A stretch of DNA of 64,000 bases, taken from NCBI GenBank assembly GCA_963829245.1, contig CAWHIM010000030.1, positions 19,167 through 83,166 on the forward strand. Direction: 5' to 3'. Both the position numbers and the translations under genes were made by a program. Position 1 is the stretch's first letter; each line of letters opens with the position of its first letter. Shown here in pieces: positions 30,420-39,642 of this stretch. The DNA is from an uncultured bacterium (GTDB taxonomy: Bacteria > Desulfobacterota > Deferrimicrobia > Deferrimicrobiales > Deferrimicrobiaceae). The notes under the pieces were generated by a model. That model was not told the origin of the DNA. It was given only the letters and a program-made list of their open reading frames with translations, and did not search any database.

Positions 30420-31691
30420 GTGGAAATCGTCCTCCTCGTCGCCTTCTGCCTCCTGATGGAGGCGCTCTTCACCGGTTCGGAGATGGCGCTGATCTCGGCG
30501 GACCGGAACAAGCTCGCCGAGCGGTCCCGCAGGGGAGACCGGGGCGCCGGCCTCGCGCTCGCCCTCCTGTCGAAGCCGGAGCGCGCCCTCGCCGTCACCC
30601 TCACGGCGACGAACGTCTTCGTGGTCCTCTCCTCGGTGGTCGTCACCTCGCGGCTCCTGCCCCGGTTCGGGGAATACGCACCGCTCGTCGCCGTGGGGCT
30701 GGTCACCCCGCTCATCATCGTCCTCGGGGAGGTCGTCCCGAAGAGCTTCGTGCGGCCCCGGGCGGACCGGCTCGTCTCCGCGGCCGGACACGTCGTCCGC
30801 ACGGGGGAGATCTCCCTTTATCCGCTGGTCGCGGCGGTCTCCTGGGCGGCGCGGACGCTTTCGGCTCCGTTCGGCGGTATCCCGCCGATGCGGGTGCTCG
30901 TGACCCGGGAGGAGCTTTCGCTGCTGCTGCAGGCGGGCCGGGGCGGCGGGTCGGACGTCGAGCCCCACGAGCGGGTGATGGTGCGGCGGGCGTTCCGCTT
31001 CGGCGAGAAGAGGGTGGCGGATGTGTTCCGCCCCCTCGCCCAAGTGATGGCGCTCCCCGAGGACGCCACCTGCCGGGACGCCGCGCTGTTATCCGACAGG
31101 AGCGGGTATTCCCGCTACCCCGTGTATCGCGAGCGGATCGACCAGGTGGTCGGGTACCTCCATGTCCTGGATGTCGCGGGGAACGATCCCGGCGCCCCCG
31201 TGGCACCGCTGCTGCGGAAGCCCCTCTTCGTCCCGGAGTTGATGCCGCTGGACGAGCTGCTCCGCGCGTTCCGGGACGCGCGGACCTCCATCGCCGTGGT
31301 CGTGGACGAGTTCGGCGGCGTCACCGGGATCGTCACAGCGGAGGACGTGGTCGAGGAGGTTGTCGGGGAGATCGAGGATGAATACGACCGCCGCATGGAA
31401 TACTATACGAAGGTTTCCGAGGCGGAGTTTCTCGTTCCGGGGAGGTTGGAGGTCGGGCGTTTCGCCGAGGAGATCGGCGTTCGCCTGCCGGAAGGGGATT
31501 ACGCGACCGTCGGCGGGTTCCTGACCGACCTTGCGGGCAGGATCCCGGCGGCGGGGGAGACGTTCGAGGTCCCGGGGGCGATCCTGGCCGTCACCTCCGC
31601 GTCGGAACGGGCGGTTCTCGAGGTCCGGGTGCTTCGCGTGACGGCGGGGGACCACGGGGGCCACGCAGGGGACGGGATGCGGGAACGATGA
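30420..31691 (+). CDS. HlyC/CorC-family transporter, second tandem paralog
   Basis: Same architecture: FTGSEMALISADRNKL, CBS pair, CorC_HlyC domain. Confidence 0.8.
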   Translation: MEIVLLVAFCLLMEALFTGSEMALISADRNKLAERSRRGDRGAGLALALLSKPERALAVTLTATNVFVVLSSVVVTSRLLPRFGEYAPLVAVGLVTPLIIVLGEVVPKSFVRPRADRLVSAAGHVVRTGEISLYPLVAAVSWAARTLSAPFGGIPPMRVLVTREELSLLLQAGRGGGSDVEPHERVMVRRAFRFGEKRVADVFRPLAQVMALPEDATCRDAALLSDRSGYSRYPVYRERIDQVVGYLHVLDVAGNDPGAPVAPLLRKPLFVPELMPLDELLRAFRDARTSIAVVVDEFGGVTGIVTAEDVVEEVVGEIEDEYDRRMEYYTKVSEAEFLVPGRLEVGRFAEEIGVRLPEGDYATVGGFLTDLAGRIPAAGETFEVPGAILAVTSASERAVLEVRVLRVTAGDHGGHAGDGMRER

Positions 31692-31704
31692 GGAAGGGAG
31701 CACG

Positions 31705-32454
31705 TTGACGAAGGATCGCCTGAAGAAAATGCTCGCCGATGTGGCCGCCGGCTCCATCTCCGTGGAGGAGGCGTTTGAGCGCCTGCGCGCGTTGCCGTAC
31801 GAAACGGTGGCGGGGGCGCACGTCGACCACCATCGCGGGATCCGGCAAGGGGTCCCCGAGGTGATCTTCGGCGAGGGGAAGACGGCGGAGCAGATCGTGA
31901 CGATCGCCCGGTCGATGCGAAAGGCCGGGACGGGGGTTCTCATCACGCGCTTGTCCGACGAAAAGATGCGGACCCTCCGGAAACGGCTCCGGGGGTCGGA
32001 GGCCCACCCGCAGGCCCGCTGCCTGGTGTTCCGGGACGGCGCCCCGAAGATCGTCGGGAAGGGAACCGTGCTCGTGGTGACGGCGGGCACCTCGGATATT
32101 CCCGTGGCGGAAGAGGCGGCCGTGACCGCCGGATTCCTCGGCAACCGCGTCGATCGCCTCTTCGACGTCGGGGTCGCGGGGATCCACCGCCTTCTGCTGC
32201 AGCAGGATCGGCTGCGCGGCGCGCGGGTGATCGTCGTGGCGGCCGGGATGGAAGGGGCGCTCGCATCGGTGGTGGGGGGGCTGACCGACAAGCCGGTCAT
32301 CGCGGTGCCCACCAGCGTCGGCTACGGCGCGGCCTTCGGCGGCGTGGCGGCGCTCCTCGGGATGCTCAACTCCTGCTCCCCCACGGTTTCCGTGGTCAAC
32401 ATCGACAACGGGTTCGGCGCGGGAGTCATCGCGTCGGTGATCAACCGGCTGTGA
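31705..32454 (+). CDS. larB: Nickel-pincer cofactor biosynthesis protein LarB (AIR-carboxylase family)
   Basis: HVDHHRGIRQGVPEVIFGEGKT...VVTAGTSDIPVAEEA...VVAAGMEGALASVVGG...VIAVPTSVGYG. Confidence 0.8.
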   Translation: MTKDRLKKMLADVAAGSISVEEAFERLRALPYETVAGAHVDHHRGIRQGVPEVIFGEGKTAEQIVTIARSMRKAGTGVLITRLSDEKMRTLRKRLRGSEAHPQARCLVFRDGAPKIVGKGTVLVVTAGTSDIPVAEEAAVTAGFLGNRVDRLFDVGVAGIHRLLLQQDRLRGARVIVVAAGMEGALASVVGGLTDKPVIAVPTSVGYGAAFGGVAALLGMLNSCSPTVSVVNIDNGFGAGVIASVINRL

Positions 32455-33623
32455 GCGGCTTCCTTTACTTCGATTGCTTCTCCGGGATCGCCGGGGACAT
32501 GACGGCGGCGGCGCTTCTCTCCCTTTCCGGCGCGGAAAAGGCGTTGCGAAAGGCGCTGAAAGGGGTGCCGCTCTCCGGCTACCGCCTCGCCGTGGAGCGG
32601 GGGACGTCCGGGGGAGTGGCGGGCACGCGGGTGGACGTGAACGTCTCCCGGGGAAAGCGCGCCGCGCGGCATCTTCCCGACATCGTCGCCTTGCTTTGCG
32701 CCGCCTCCCTGCCCGGCGACGTCCGCGCCCGGGCGATCTCCTGCTTCGAGCGGCTGGGAGAAGCGGAGGCGAAGGTTCACGGCACCACCGTCGAAAAGGT
32801 CCACTTCCACGAGGTCGGCGCGGTCGACGCGATCGTCGACATCGTGTCCGGCTGCTTCCTGTTCGAGCACCTCGGCGCCCCGAAGGCGTTTTGCTCCTCC
32901 CTCCCCGGAGGGTCCGGGGAGGCGGGATCGGAGCATGGGAAGATCCCCGTTCCCGGCCCGGCGACGCTCGAGCTGCTGCGGGACGCGCCGTGGCGGTTCG
33001 GGGAAGGGGAAGGGGAGCTGGTGACTCCGACGGGGGCGGCGTTGCTGCGCGCGTTCGACGTCTCCTTCGCGAGGCCGCCGGGAATGACGGTGCGCGGCGT
33101 CGGGATCGGGCTGGGGCATCGGGAGATCCCGGGCCGGCCCAATCTGCTGCGGGTCGTCGCCGGGGACCCGGTGCCGGGCGCCCTCGGGCGGGACCGCGTC
33201 CTGGAAGTCGAGGCGAACATCGACGACATGAGCCCGCAGCGGTTCGAGCTCCTGATCGAGCGGGCGCTGGCCGCGGGCGCCCTCGACGTGGCGATCCTCC
33301 CGGCGACGATGAAGAAGAACCGGCCGGGGTGGGTGTTGCGTCTTCTGTGCCCCGAGGAGCGGCTCGAGATCGTCTCCTCGGCGGTTTTTTCCGTTTCCAC
33401 CGCGATCGGCCTGCGGTTCCACGCGTGCGACCGGATGAAGCTCGACCGTGCGGTGCGCACGGTCGAGACGCGGTTCGGGCGCATCCGGGTGAAGGAAGCG
33501 ACGCTGCCGGACGGGGCGGTCCGGCCGGTGCCGGAATACGACGACGTGAAACGGATCGTGCGGTCGGGGGCCGCCACGTTCGACGAGGTGGCGCTCGAGG
33601 TGGCGAAGGCGTGGCGAAGGTAA
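32451..33623 (+). CDS. larC: Nickel insertion protein LarC
   Basis: LYFDCFSGIAGDMTAAALL...FHEVGAVDAIVDIV. GTGA overlap with the larB stop. Confidence 0.8.
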   Translation: MSGFLYFDCFSGIAGDMTAAALLSLSGAEKALRKALKGVPLSGYRLAVERGTSGGVAGTRVDVNVSRGKRAARHLPDIVALLCAASLPGDVRARAISCFERLGEAEAKVHGTTVEKVHFHEVGAVDAIVDIVSGCFLFEHLGAPKAFCSSLPGGSGEAGSEHGKIPVPGPATLELLRDAPWRFGEGEGELVTPTGAALLRAFDVSFARPPGMTVRGVGIGLGHREIPGRPNLLRVVAGDPVPGALGRDRVLEVEANIDDMSPQRFELLIERALAAGALDVAILPATMKKNRPGWVLRLLCPEERLEIVSSAVFSVSTAIGLRFHACDRMKLDRAVRTVETRFGRIRVKEATLPDGAVRPVPEYDDVKRIVRSGAATFDEVALEVAKAWRR

Positions 33624-34981
33624 AGGTCGAGTTCGCCTGCACGGCGTGCGGGACCTCCTCTCCCAAGTGGGTGGGGAAGTGCCCTGGGTGCGGGGAGTGG
33701 AACACGCTGGTCGAGGAGGTCGCCGCCTCCTCTTCGCCACGGCAGCGGGCCGGCATGCCCGACTTCCCCGCCTCGCGCCCGGTGCGGCTCACCGAGGTCG
33801 CGGAGACCGCCTCGTCGCGAACGTCGTGCGGGATCGGCGAATTCGACCGGGTGATGGGGGGCGGCGTGGTTCCCGCCTCGGCGACGCTCCTGGGCGGCGA
33901 CCCGGGGATCGGGAAGTCCACCATCCTCCTCCAGGCGGCGCGGGGCCTTGCCCGGCACGGGAAGCCGGTCCTGTACGTCTCGGGCGAGGAGTCGGAGGCG
34001 CAGGTGAAATTGCGCGCCTCGCGGCTGGGCGTGGCCGACGCCGGCATTTACCTGATGTCGGAAACGTCCCTGGAGCGGATCCTCTCCGCCACCGGGGAAC
34101 TCTCCCCCGGGACGCTGATCGTCGACTCGATCCAGACCGTGTTCTCTTCCGATCTTCCCGGGGCGCCGGGTTCCGTCGGCCAGGTGCGGGAGTGCGCAGC
34201 GCGGCTTACCTACTTCGGTAAGAAGGCGGGGGTGTCGGTCTTCCTCGTCGGGCACGTGACGAAGGAGGGGGCGATCGCGGGACCGCGGGTGCTCGAGCAC
34301 ATCGTGGACACGGTCCTCTACTTCGAGGGGGAGAAGGGGCACCCGTACCGGATCCTGAAGGCGGTGAAGAACCGGTTCGGCTCGACGAACGAGATCGGCG
34401 TCTTCGAGATGCGGGCCGAGGGGTTGACCGAGGTCGCCGACCCGTCGGGGATGTTCCTCTCCGAGCGGTCGGACGAAACGTCGGGAACGCTCGTCTTCCC
34501 GGCGATCGAGGGGACCCGGCCGCTGCTGGTCGAGGTGCAGGCGCTCGTATCGCAGTCGTTCCTTGCGATGCCGCGCCGCACGACGCTGGGCGTCGACTAC
34601 AACCGCGTCATCCTGATGTGCGCCATCCTCGAGAAGAAGGCGGGCGTCTCCCTCTACAACCAGGACGTTTTCGTCAACGTGGCGGGAGGGATCCGGGTCG
34701 ACGAACCGGCGGCGGACCTCGCCTTGTGCTGCGCCGTGGCCGGATCCTTCAAGGACCGGGTGGTCCCGCCGGGGACGGCGGTGTTCGGCGAGGTGGGCCT
34801 GGGAGGCGAGGTGCGCGCGGTTCCGATGGCCGAGATGCGCCTGAACGAAGCCGCCAAGATGGGGTTCTCCCGCGTCGTTCTGCCGGCATCCAACGCCGAG
34901 CGCCTCGGCGCGAAGTTCCCCCTGGAGATGCTCCCTGTGCACCACGTGAAGGAAGCGCTCTCCCGCGTCGCAGGGAAGTAA
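33611..34981 (+). CDS. radA: DNA repair protein RadA
   Basis: GTG start. Zinc finger FACTACGTSSPKWVGKCPGCGEWNT, Walker A GGDPGIGKST, KNRFG motif, Lon-like C-terminal domain. Confidence 0.9.
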   Translation: MAKVKVEFACTACGTSSPKWVGKCPGCGEWNTLVEEVAASSSPRQRAGMPDFPASRPVRLTEVAETASSRTSCGIGEFDRVMGGGVVPASATLLGGDPGIGKSTILLQAARGLARHGKPVLYVSGEESEAQVKLRASRLGVADAGIYLMSETSLERILSATGELSPGTLIVDSIQTVFSSDLPGAPGSVGQVRECAARLTYFGKKAGVSVFLVGHVTKEGAIAGPRVLEHIVDTVLYFEGEKGHPYRILKAVKNRFGSTNEIGVFEMRAEGLTEVADPSGMFLSERSDETSGTLVFPAIEGTRPLLVEVQALVSQSFLAMPRRTTLGVDYNRVILMCAILEKKAGVSLYNQDVFVNVAGGIRVDEPAADLALCCAVAGSFKDRVVPPGTAVFGEVGLGGEVRAVPMAEMRLNEAAKMGFSRVVLPASNAERLGAKFPLEMLPVHHVKEALSRVAGK

Positions 34982-34994
34982 CATAGGGCAAACC

Positions 34995-35225
34995 ATGGAT
35001 CATCAATGGAAAGTGAAAAGACGCGGATTTACCGTGATCATCGAACGCGACGAGGAGGGGTATTTCGTCGCGGAAGTGCCGGAGTTGCCGGGATGCCACA
35101 CCCAGGCGAAATCCCTCGATACTTTGATGAACCGGGTGAAGGAAGCGATTGGCCTGTGCCACGATGAGAAGAACGAGAAAGCGCCGAAGATGCAACTCGT
35201 CGGGGTTCAGCGAATCGCGGTATGA
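34995..35225 (+). CDS. hicB: HicB-family antitoxin
   Basis: FTVIIERDEEGYFVAEVPELPGCHTQAKSLDTLMNRVKEAIGLC is the typical HicB/UPF0150 core. Confidence 0.7.
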   Translation: MDHQWKVKRRGFTVIIERDEEGYFVAEVPELPGCHTQAKSLDTLMNRVKEAIGLCHDEKNEKAPKMQLVGVQRIAV

Positions 35226-35281
35226 CGGAATTCCCCGTCTTCACCGGCAAGAAACTTCTTTCCCTCCTGGAAGAGTTTAAC
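35222..35281 (+). pseudogene. hicA: 5' remnant of a HicA-family toxin gene
   Basis: ATGA overlap with the hicB stop. The first roughly 19 codons, MTEFPVFTGKKLLSLLEEF, match the HicA N-terminus (..P.isGKe.i..Le..GF). Similarity then ends and the ORF runs antisense through vapC. Confidence 0.45.
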
Positions 35282-35311
35282 CGGATCCCACGATTTACAG
35301 CACAGCCAAGC

Positions 35312-35722
35312 TCACCAGATTTCGAGCGCGAACCGTTTATGTCGTCGGATCATTTCGAAATCCGACCGGTTGGACGTGACGACGGTCGCCCCGTGCGTCG
35401 AGGCGGTGAGGGCGATCAGAACGTCGAAATGCAGGTCCCGCAACTTTTCGGGGGGAAATCCTCTTTCCACGGACATTCGGGTCAACAGGCGCCCCGATTC
35501 CAGCCAGTTCTTTTCCGAAGGGGTCAGGAGGGGGGCATGCTTCGCGAGGGTTTCGACGAAATCCTTCTCGGCCTGTTTTTTCGCCCCCCGCAGCAATTCC
35601 GCCAGGACCACGGAGGAGTGGCGTATCCGCCCGGAGACGGATGCGATCCGTTCCCGGTGCCGGCCGGTCCGTAGATGGTCGACAAAGACCGATGTGTCGA
35701 ACAGGAGGATCCTATTCCCCAT
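35312..35722 (-). CDS. vapC: PIN-domain toxin VapC
   Basis: ILLFDTSVFVDHL...VVLAELLRGA...DVLIALTASTHGATVVTSNRSDF carries the PIN acidic residues. Confidence 0.75.
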   Translation of the reverse strand: MGNRILLFDTSVFVDHLRTGRHRERIASVSGRIRHSSVVLAELLRGAKKQAEKDFVETLAKHAPLLTPSEKNWLESGRLLTRMSVERGFPPEKLRDLHFDVLIALTASTHGATVVTSNRSDFEMIRRHKRFALEIW

Positions 35723-35906
35723 GGCCTTCGAACCGGAGCTTTCCTCCGCGCTCTGCCATCAACTTCTTGAATTCATTCAAGGCGACGATTTCCCGCAATG
35801 CGATGTGCACGGCCTCCGTGCGGCTCTTCACGCCGAGAGCCTTCGCGGCTTTGTCCGCAAGACGCGTGTCCAACCGGATCGAAGTCATCCTGATCGCCGT
35901 TCCCAT
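35712..35906 (-). CDS. vapB: VapB-type antitoxin
   Basis: 64 aa, MGTAIRMTSIRLDTRLADKAAKALGVKSRTEAVHIALREIV. GGAGGGAG RBS. Overlaps the vapC start by 11 nt. Confidence 0.6.
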   Translation of the reverse strand: MGTAIRMTSIRLDTRLADKAAKALGVKSRTEAVHIALREIVALNEFKKLMAERGGKLRFEGHGE

Positions 35907-35950
35907 ACTCCCTCCTCGTATATACGTATCATGAATATTATATATACAAA
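35907..35950 (-). promoter_or_regulatory. AT-rich putative vapBC promoter/operator
   Basis: Palindrome CGTATATACG (35917-35926). TATAAT on the minus strand (35937-35942). AT-rich in an otherwise GC-rich context. Confidence 0.35.
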
Positions 35951-36180
35951 ATCGCTTCGGCGTGCAAACCCCGTCGCGGGCGTGGACCGTTCGGAGATTT
36001 ACTGCAGGCACTGTTCCGTCTTCCTCGGTTCGGGAGGAAACTCTATGATGGGTGCGTAGACAAACCCGTTGATGACGGCCACCGCCCAAAGAGTGAAGTC
36101 ACGCCAAAAAGTCGGTCGCAGGCCGGGTTCGGAATGAAGACCATGCCGGGACCGGGAAGAATTCGCCAGGAGCCTTGAGG

Positions 36181-36630
36181 ATGGGAAAGAGGTACTGGGA
36201 GGATCTGGTCGAGGGGGAACGCTTCACGTGCCGGCCCGTGGCGTTCGACCGGGAAGGGATCGTCGCGTTCGGGGAGGAGTACGACCCTTTGCCATTCCAC
36301 GTCGAGGGGGAAGCGGCCAGCCGCTCGATCTTCTGCGACGTGATCGCGTCCGCATTGCATACCATTTCGGCCTGCACGCGGGTCGTGGTGGAAGCCCACG
36401 GGGATCTGGCGATTCTATCGGGTCTGGGCATCGACGAAGTGAGAACGCCTCTCCCCGTCCGTCCGGGGGATGTCCTGACGGTCAAGGCGCGCTGGGACGG
36501 CCTCCGAAGGTCCCGGAGCAAGCCGGACCGGGGGATCGCGGGCTTGAAGTGCACGGTGGTGAACCAGAAAGGCGAGACCGTGATGGAATACGGGTACCGG
36601 TACCTGGTCGCCTGCCGGCCAACGAGTTGA
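36181..36630 (+). CDS. MaoC-like (hotdog fold) dehydratase
   Basis: FGEEYDPLPFHVEGEAA...GDVLTVKARWDGLRRSRSKPDRGIAGLKCTVVNQKGETV. AGGAG RBS before ATG 36181. Confidence 0.7.
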   Translation: MGKRYWEDLVEGERFTCRPVAFDREGIVAFGEEYDPLPFHVEGEAASRSIFCDVIASALHTISACTRVVVEAHGDLAILSGLGIDEVRTPLPVRPGDVLTVKARWDGLRRSRSKPDRGIAGLKCTVVNQKGETVMEYGYRYLVACRPTS

Positions 36631-36634
36631 CCCC

Positions 36635-37237
36635 TTATTCCACTCGAAATCCTTTCCCCAGGAAATAAAGCTCAAACGATTCCTTCCGTGTGGCTTCGGG
36701 GCGGAGGCGCCGGAGGTCCTTGAAGAACGGCTTCAGCTCCCGGAAGACCGCGTCGGCTTCCGCGCCGCCGAAGATCTTGGCGAGGAAGGTCCCCCCGTCG
36801 CGCAGCGTCTCCCGGGCCAGGCCGAAGACGGCCCGGACGAGGTCCGCGGACCGCGCCTGGTCGGTGAAGGAGGATCCGGTGGTGTTGGGGGCGGCGTCGG
36901 AGACGACCGCGTCGGCCTTCCTTCCGAGAAATTCGAGGAGCTCGGCCGGCAAGACGGGGTCGGTCAGGTCCCGTTGCCAGAAGCGGAAGTTCTCCCCCGC
37001 CAGCATCGCCATCGGGAGGAGGTCGACGGCGGCGATTTTCCCCTTGGCGCCCACCATGCCGAGGAGGATCTGGCTCCAGCCGCCCGGCGCGGCCCCCGCG
37101 TCGATCACCCGGTCCCCGGATCGGACCGCCTTCTCCTTCGCGGCGATCTGGGTAAGCTTATACGCCGCCCGGGAGCGGTATCCCTCTTTTTTCGCCTGCC
37201 GGTAATATGCGTCTTTCCGGTCGTACATGAGCACCAT
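36635..37237 (-). CDS. rlmE: 23S rRNA (uridine2552-2'-O)-methyltransferase RlmE/FtsJ
   Basis: YYRQAKKEGYRSRAAYKLTQI...VIDAGAAPGGWSQ...VVSDAAPNTTG...FLAKIFGG. Confidence 0.85.
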   Translation of the reverse strand: MVLMYDRKDAYYRQAKKEGYRSRAAYKLTQIAAKEKAVRSGDRVIDAGAAPGGWSQILLGMVGAKGKIAAVDLLPMAMLAGENFRFWQRDLTDPVLPAELLEFLGRKADAVVSDAAPNTTGSSFTDQARSADLVRAVFGLARETLRDGGTFLAKIFGGAEADAVFRELKPFFKDLRRLRPEATRKESFELYFLGKGFRVE

Positions 37238-37291
37238 GCTACTGGAACTCGACTCGGTTGACAGCCCGAAATCCTGTGCGATAGTGTCAAC

Positions 37292-38287
37292 GTGCCTGGA
37301 AGGAGAACGGTCATCGACATCGACGGCGTCTTTCGCTATCTGAGCCGCGACCTGCGCGCGGTCGAGCGGGCGCTTGTCTCCAGCCTGGCCTCCCCCGTCC
37401 CGATCATCCCCGTCGTCGGGAAGCACATCACCCTGTCCGGCGGGAAGCGGGTCCGCCCCGCGATCCTTCTTTTGGCCGCGGACGCCTGCGGTTACCGGGG
37501 TCCCCGGCGGACCGTGATGTCCGTCGTGACGGAGTACATGCACACCGCGACGCTGCTGCACGACGACGTGGTCGACACCGGGACGGTGCGCCGCGGCAAG
37601 CCTTCGGCCAACGTCGTGTTCGGCAACTCCGTGAGCGTCCTCGTGGGCGACTTCCTCTTCGCCCGCGCCTCCCAGTTGATGACGGACGACGGCGATATCG
37701 ACGTCCTCGGGATCTACGCGCGCACCCTCGTCCACCTTTCGGAAGGGGAGGTGCTCCAGTTGATGAGAACGCGCGACCCGGAGATCACGGAGAAGGAGTA
37801 CCTGACCGTCGTATTCTGCAAAACCGCGTCGCTCATCGCCGCGGCCGCCGAAACCGGGGCGGTGCTCGCCGGGGCCGACCCCGCGACGCGCAAGGCGATG
37901 TTCGGGTTCGGGAAGTCGGTCGGGATCGCGTTTCAACTGGTCGACGACATCCTCGACGTCACGGGTACCGAGAAGTCGCTCGGGAAGCGCCCTCTGCAGG
38001 ATTTGCGGGAGGGGAAGGTGACGCTTCCGCTCCTGCACGCGTTGCGCGAGGCGGGGGCCGCGGACCGCGAGCGGGCGCGGCGCGCCCTCTCGAAGAAGGA
38101 GCCCGGGGACCGCGACGTCGCCTTCCTCGCCGGTCTGGTGGCCCGCCACAACGGGATCGGGTACGCGGCCTCGCGGGCGAGGGAGTACGTCCGGCGCGGG
38201 AAGCGATACCTCGCCGACCTGCCCGATTCGAAGGCCCGGTCCGCCCTGATCGTCCTGTCCGACCACGTCACGTCCCGGACCAGTTAG
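37292..38287 (+). CDS. Polyprenyl diphosphate synthase (hepta/octaprenyl type)
   Basis: DDxxD motifs LLHDDVVD and FQLVDDILD, plus GKRVRP. Confidence 0.85.
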   Translation: MPGRRTVIDIDGVFRYLSRDLRAVERALVSSLASPVPIIPVVGKHITLSGGKRVRPAILLLAADACGYRGPRRTVMSVVTEYMHTATLLHDDVVDTGTVRRGKPSANVVFGNSVSVLVGDFLFARASQLMTDDGDIDVLGIYARTLVHLSEGEVLQLMRTRDPEITEKEYLTVVFCKTASLIAAAAETGAVLAGADPATRKAMFGFGKSVGIAFQLVDDILDVTGTEKSLGKRPLQDLREGKVTLPLLHALREAGAADRERARRALSKKEPGDRDVAFLAGLVARHNGIGYAASRAREYVRRGKRYLADLPDSKARSALIVLSDHVTSRTS

Positions 38288-38344
38288 CAGCACCAATGCG
38301 GCGGTGCGCCGGCGATTCCGTCTTGACGCATGGGACGCCGGGCG

Positions 38345-38555
38345 GCAAAATGGTAGCGCAGATCGGAATGTTCCCGTCGGGGCAAGGGAAGATGGTGCGA
38401 GTCCATCGCTGCCCCGCAACTGTAACCGGTGACGAAATCCGCAACGGAGCCACTGCCCGGGTGACGAAAGCGCGGGCGGGAAGGCGCGGAGAGTAGGGGG
38501 GCGGCTCTTAGGGGGCCGCCGGGTAGCCGGAAGCCAGGAGACCTTCCCGGCGGGG
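38345..38555 (+). promoter_or_regulatory. Cobalamin riboswitch (upstream of btuFCD)
   Basis: GGGAAGATGGTGCGAGTCCATCGCTGCCCCGCAACTGTAACCGG core, GAGCCACTG...GGGAAGGC, and B12 box GAAGCCAGGAGACCTTCC. Confidence 0.8.
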
Positions 38556-38670
38556 AGAGATCCCGAGACGCCTTTCGCGGGAGAAGGGCCGGGGCGCTTT
38601 CGCCGTCAGAACGCGCTGTTTTCCCCCCATCCGCTTTTCCGCAAGGCATCGGGCCGGGGGGTGATCTATT

Positions 38671-39642
38671 TTGTGCCGCGTCCGGATCGCCGCCGCACGC
38701 CGTATTCTCGCGGGGTTCCTCCCCGTCGTCGCGCTCCTTGCGTTCGCGATCGATCGTCCCGCATTCGCGGCGGACCGGTTTCCCCTCGCGATGAAGGACG
38801 ACCGGGGCGTCACCGTCGTGCTCGCCGCCCCTCCCCGCCGCGTCGTCTCCCTGGCCCCGAGTCTCACCGAGATCGTCTTTCTCCTCGGCCGCGGCGGTTC
38901 CCTCGTCGGCGTCACCCGGTTTTGCAACTATCCCCCCGCGGCGACCTCCCTGCCGAAGATCGGAGGCGTCATCGACCCGGATGTCGAGCGGATCGTCGCG
39001 CTGTCGCCCGATCTCGTCCTGTGCACGACGGACGGGAACCCCCGGGACAAGGTGCGGGCCCTCGAGGAGATGGGGATCCCTTGCTTCGCCGTGTCCCCGC
39101 AGGATCTGGGCGCGGTCTTCACGGCGATCGAGCGCCTGGGGGTCCTCCTCGGGGCCGCGGACCGGGGACGAGCCGAGGCCGGGGCGCTTCGCCGTCGTGC
39201 GCAGCTCGCGAGCCCCTCCTCCCGCGACGTGGAAAAGCCCGCCGCGCTCTTCGTCGTCTCCACCTCCCCGATCATCGCCGCAGGCGAAGGCACCTTCATG
39301 GACGAACTGGTGCGTCTCGCCGGCGGGAGGAACGCCGCCGCGCGGTTTTCCGGCAGATACCCGCGGCTCTCCGTGGAGGAGTTGGTCGCCGCCCGGCCGG
39401 ACGTGATCTTCATCGCGGGGATGGCCGGCGTCGAACGGTTCCCGCGGGAGGTTACCCGTTGGAAGGAGGTCCCCGCATTCCGGGACGGCGCCGTGATCAC
39501 CCTTGACGGGGACCTCGTGACCCGCCCCGGCCCGCGGCTGGTGATCGCCCTCGAGCGAGTATCCGCGGCCCTTGCGAACTGGCGGGCTAGTGCAGCGTCT
39601 CGCCCGAAGGCGCCCGCGGCGGGGACGGGGGAGATGCGGTGA
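38671..39642 (+). CDS. btuF: Cobalamin/siderophore-type periplasmic binding protein (BtuF-like)
   Basis: Signal peptide, RVVSLAPSLTEIVFLLG...PDLVL. Downstream of the B12 riboswitch and upstream of the FecCD permease. Confidence 0.7.
   Translation: MCRVRIAAARRILAGFLPVVALLAFAIDRPAFAADRFPLAMKDDRGVTVVLAAPPRRVVSLAPSLTEIVFLLGRGGSLVGVTRFCNYPPAATSLPKIGGVIDPDVERIVALSPDLVLCTTDGNPRDKVRALEEMGIPCFAVSPQDLGAVFTAIERLGVLLGAADRGRAEAGALRRRAQLASPSSRDVEKPAALFVVSTSPIIAAGEGTFMDELVRLAGGRNAAARFSGRYPRLSVEELVAARPDVIFIAGMAGVERFPREVTRWKEVPAFRDGAVITLDGDLVTRPGPRLVIALERVSAALANWRASAASRPKAPAAGTGEMR

Noticed and set aside
35222-35674. 150-aa ORF downstream of hicB as an intact toxin gene.
   Set aside because: Only the first roughly 19 codons resemble HicA. 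The rest is antisense to a well-supported vapC, so I treated it as a remnant.
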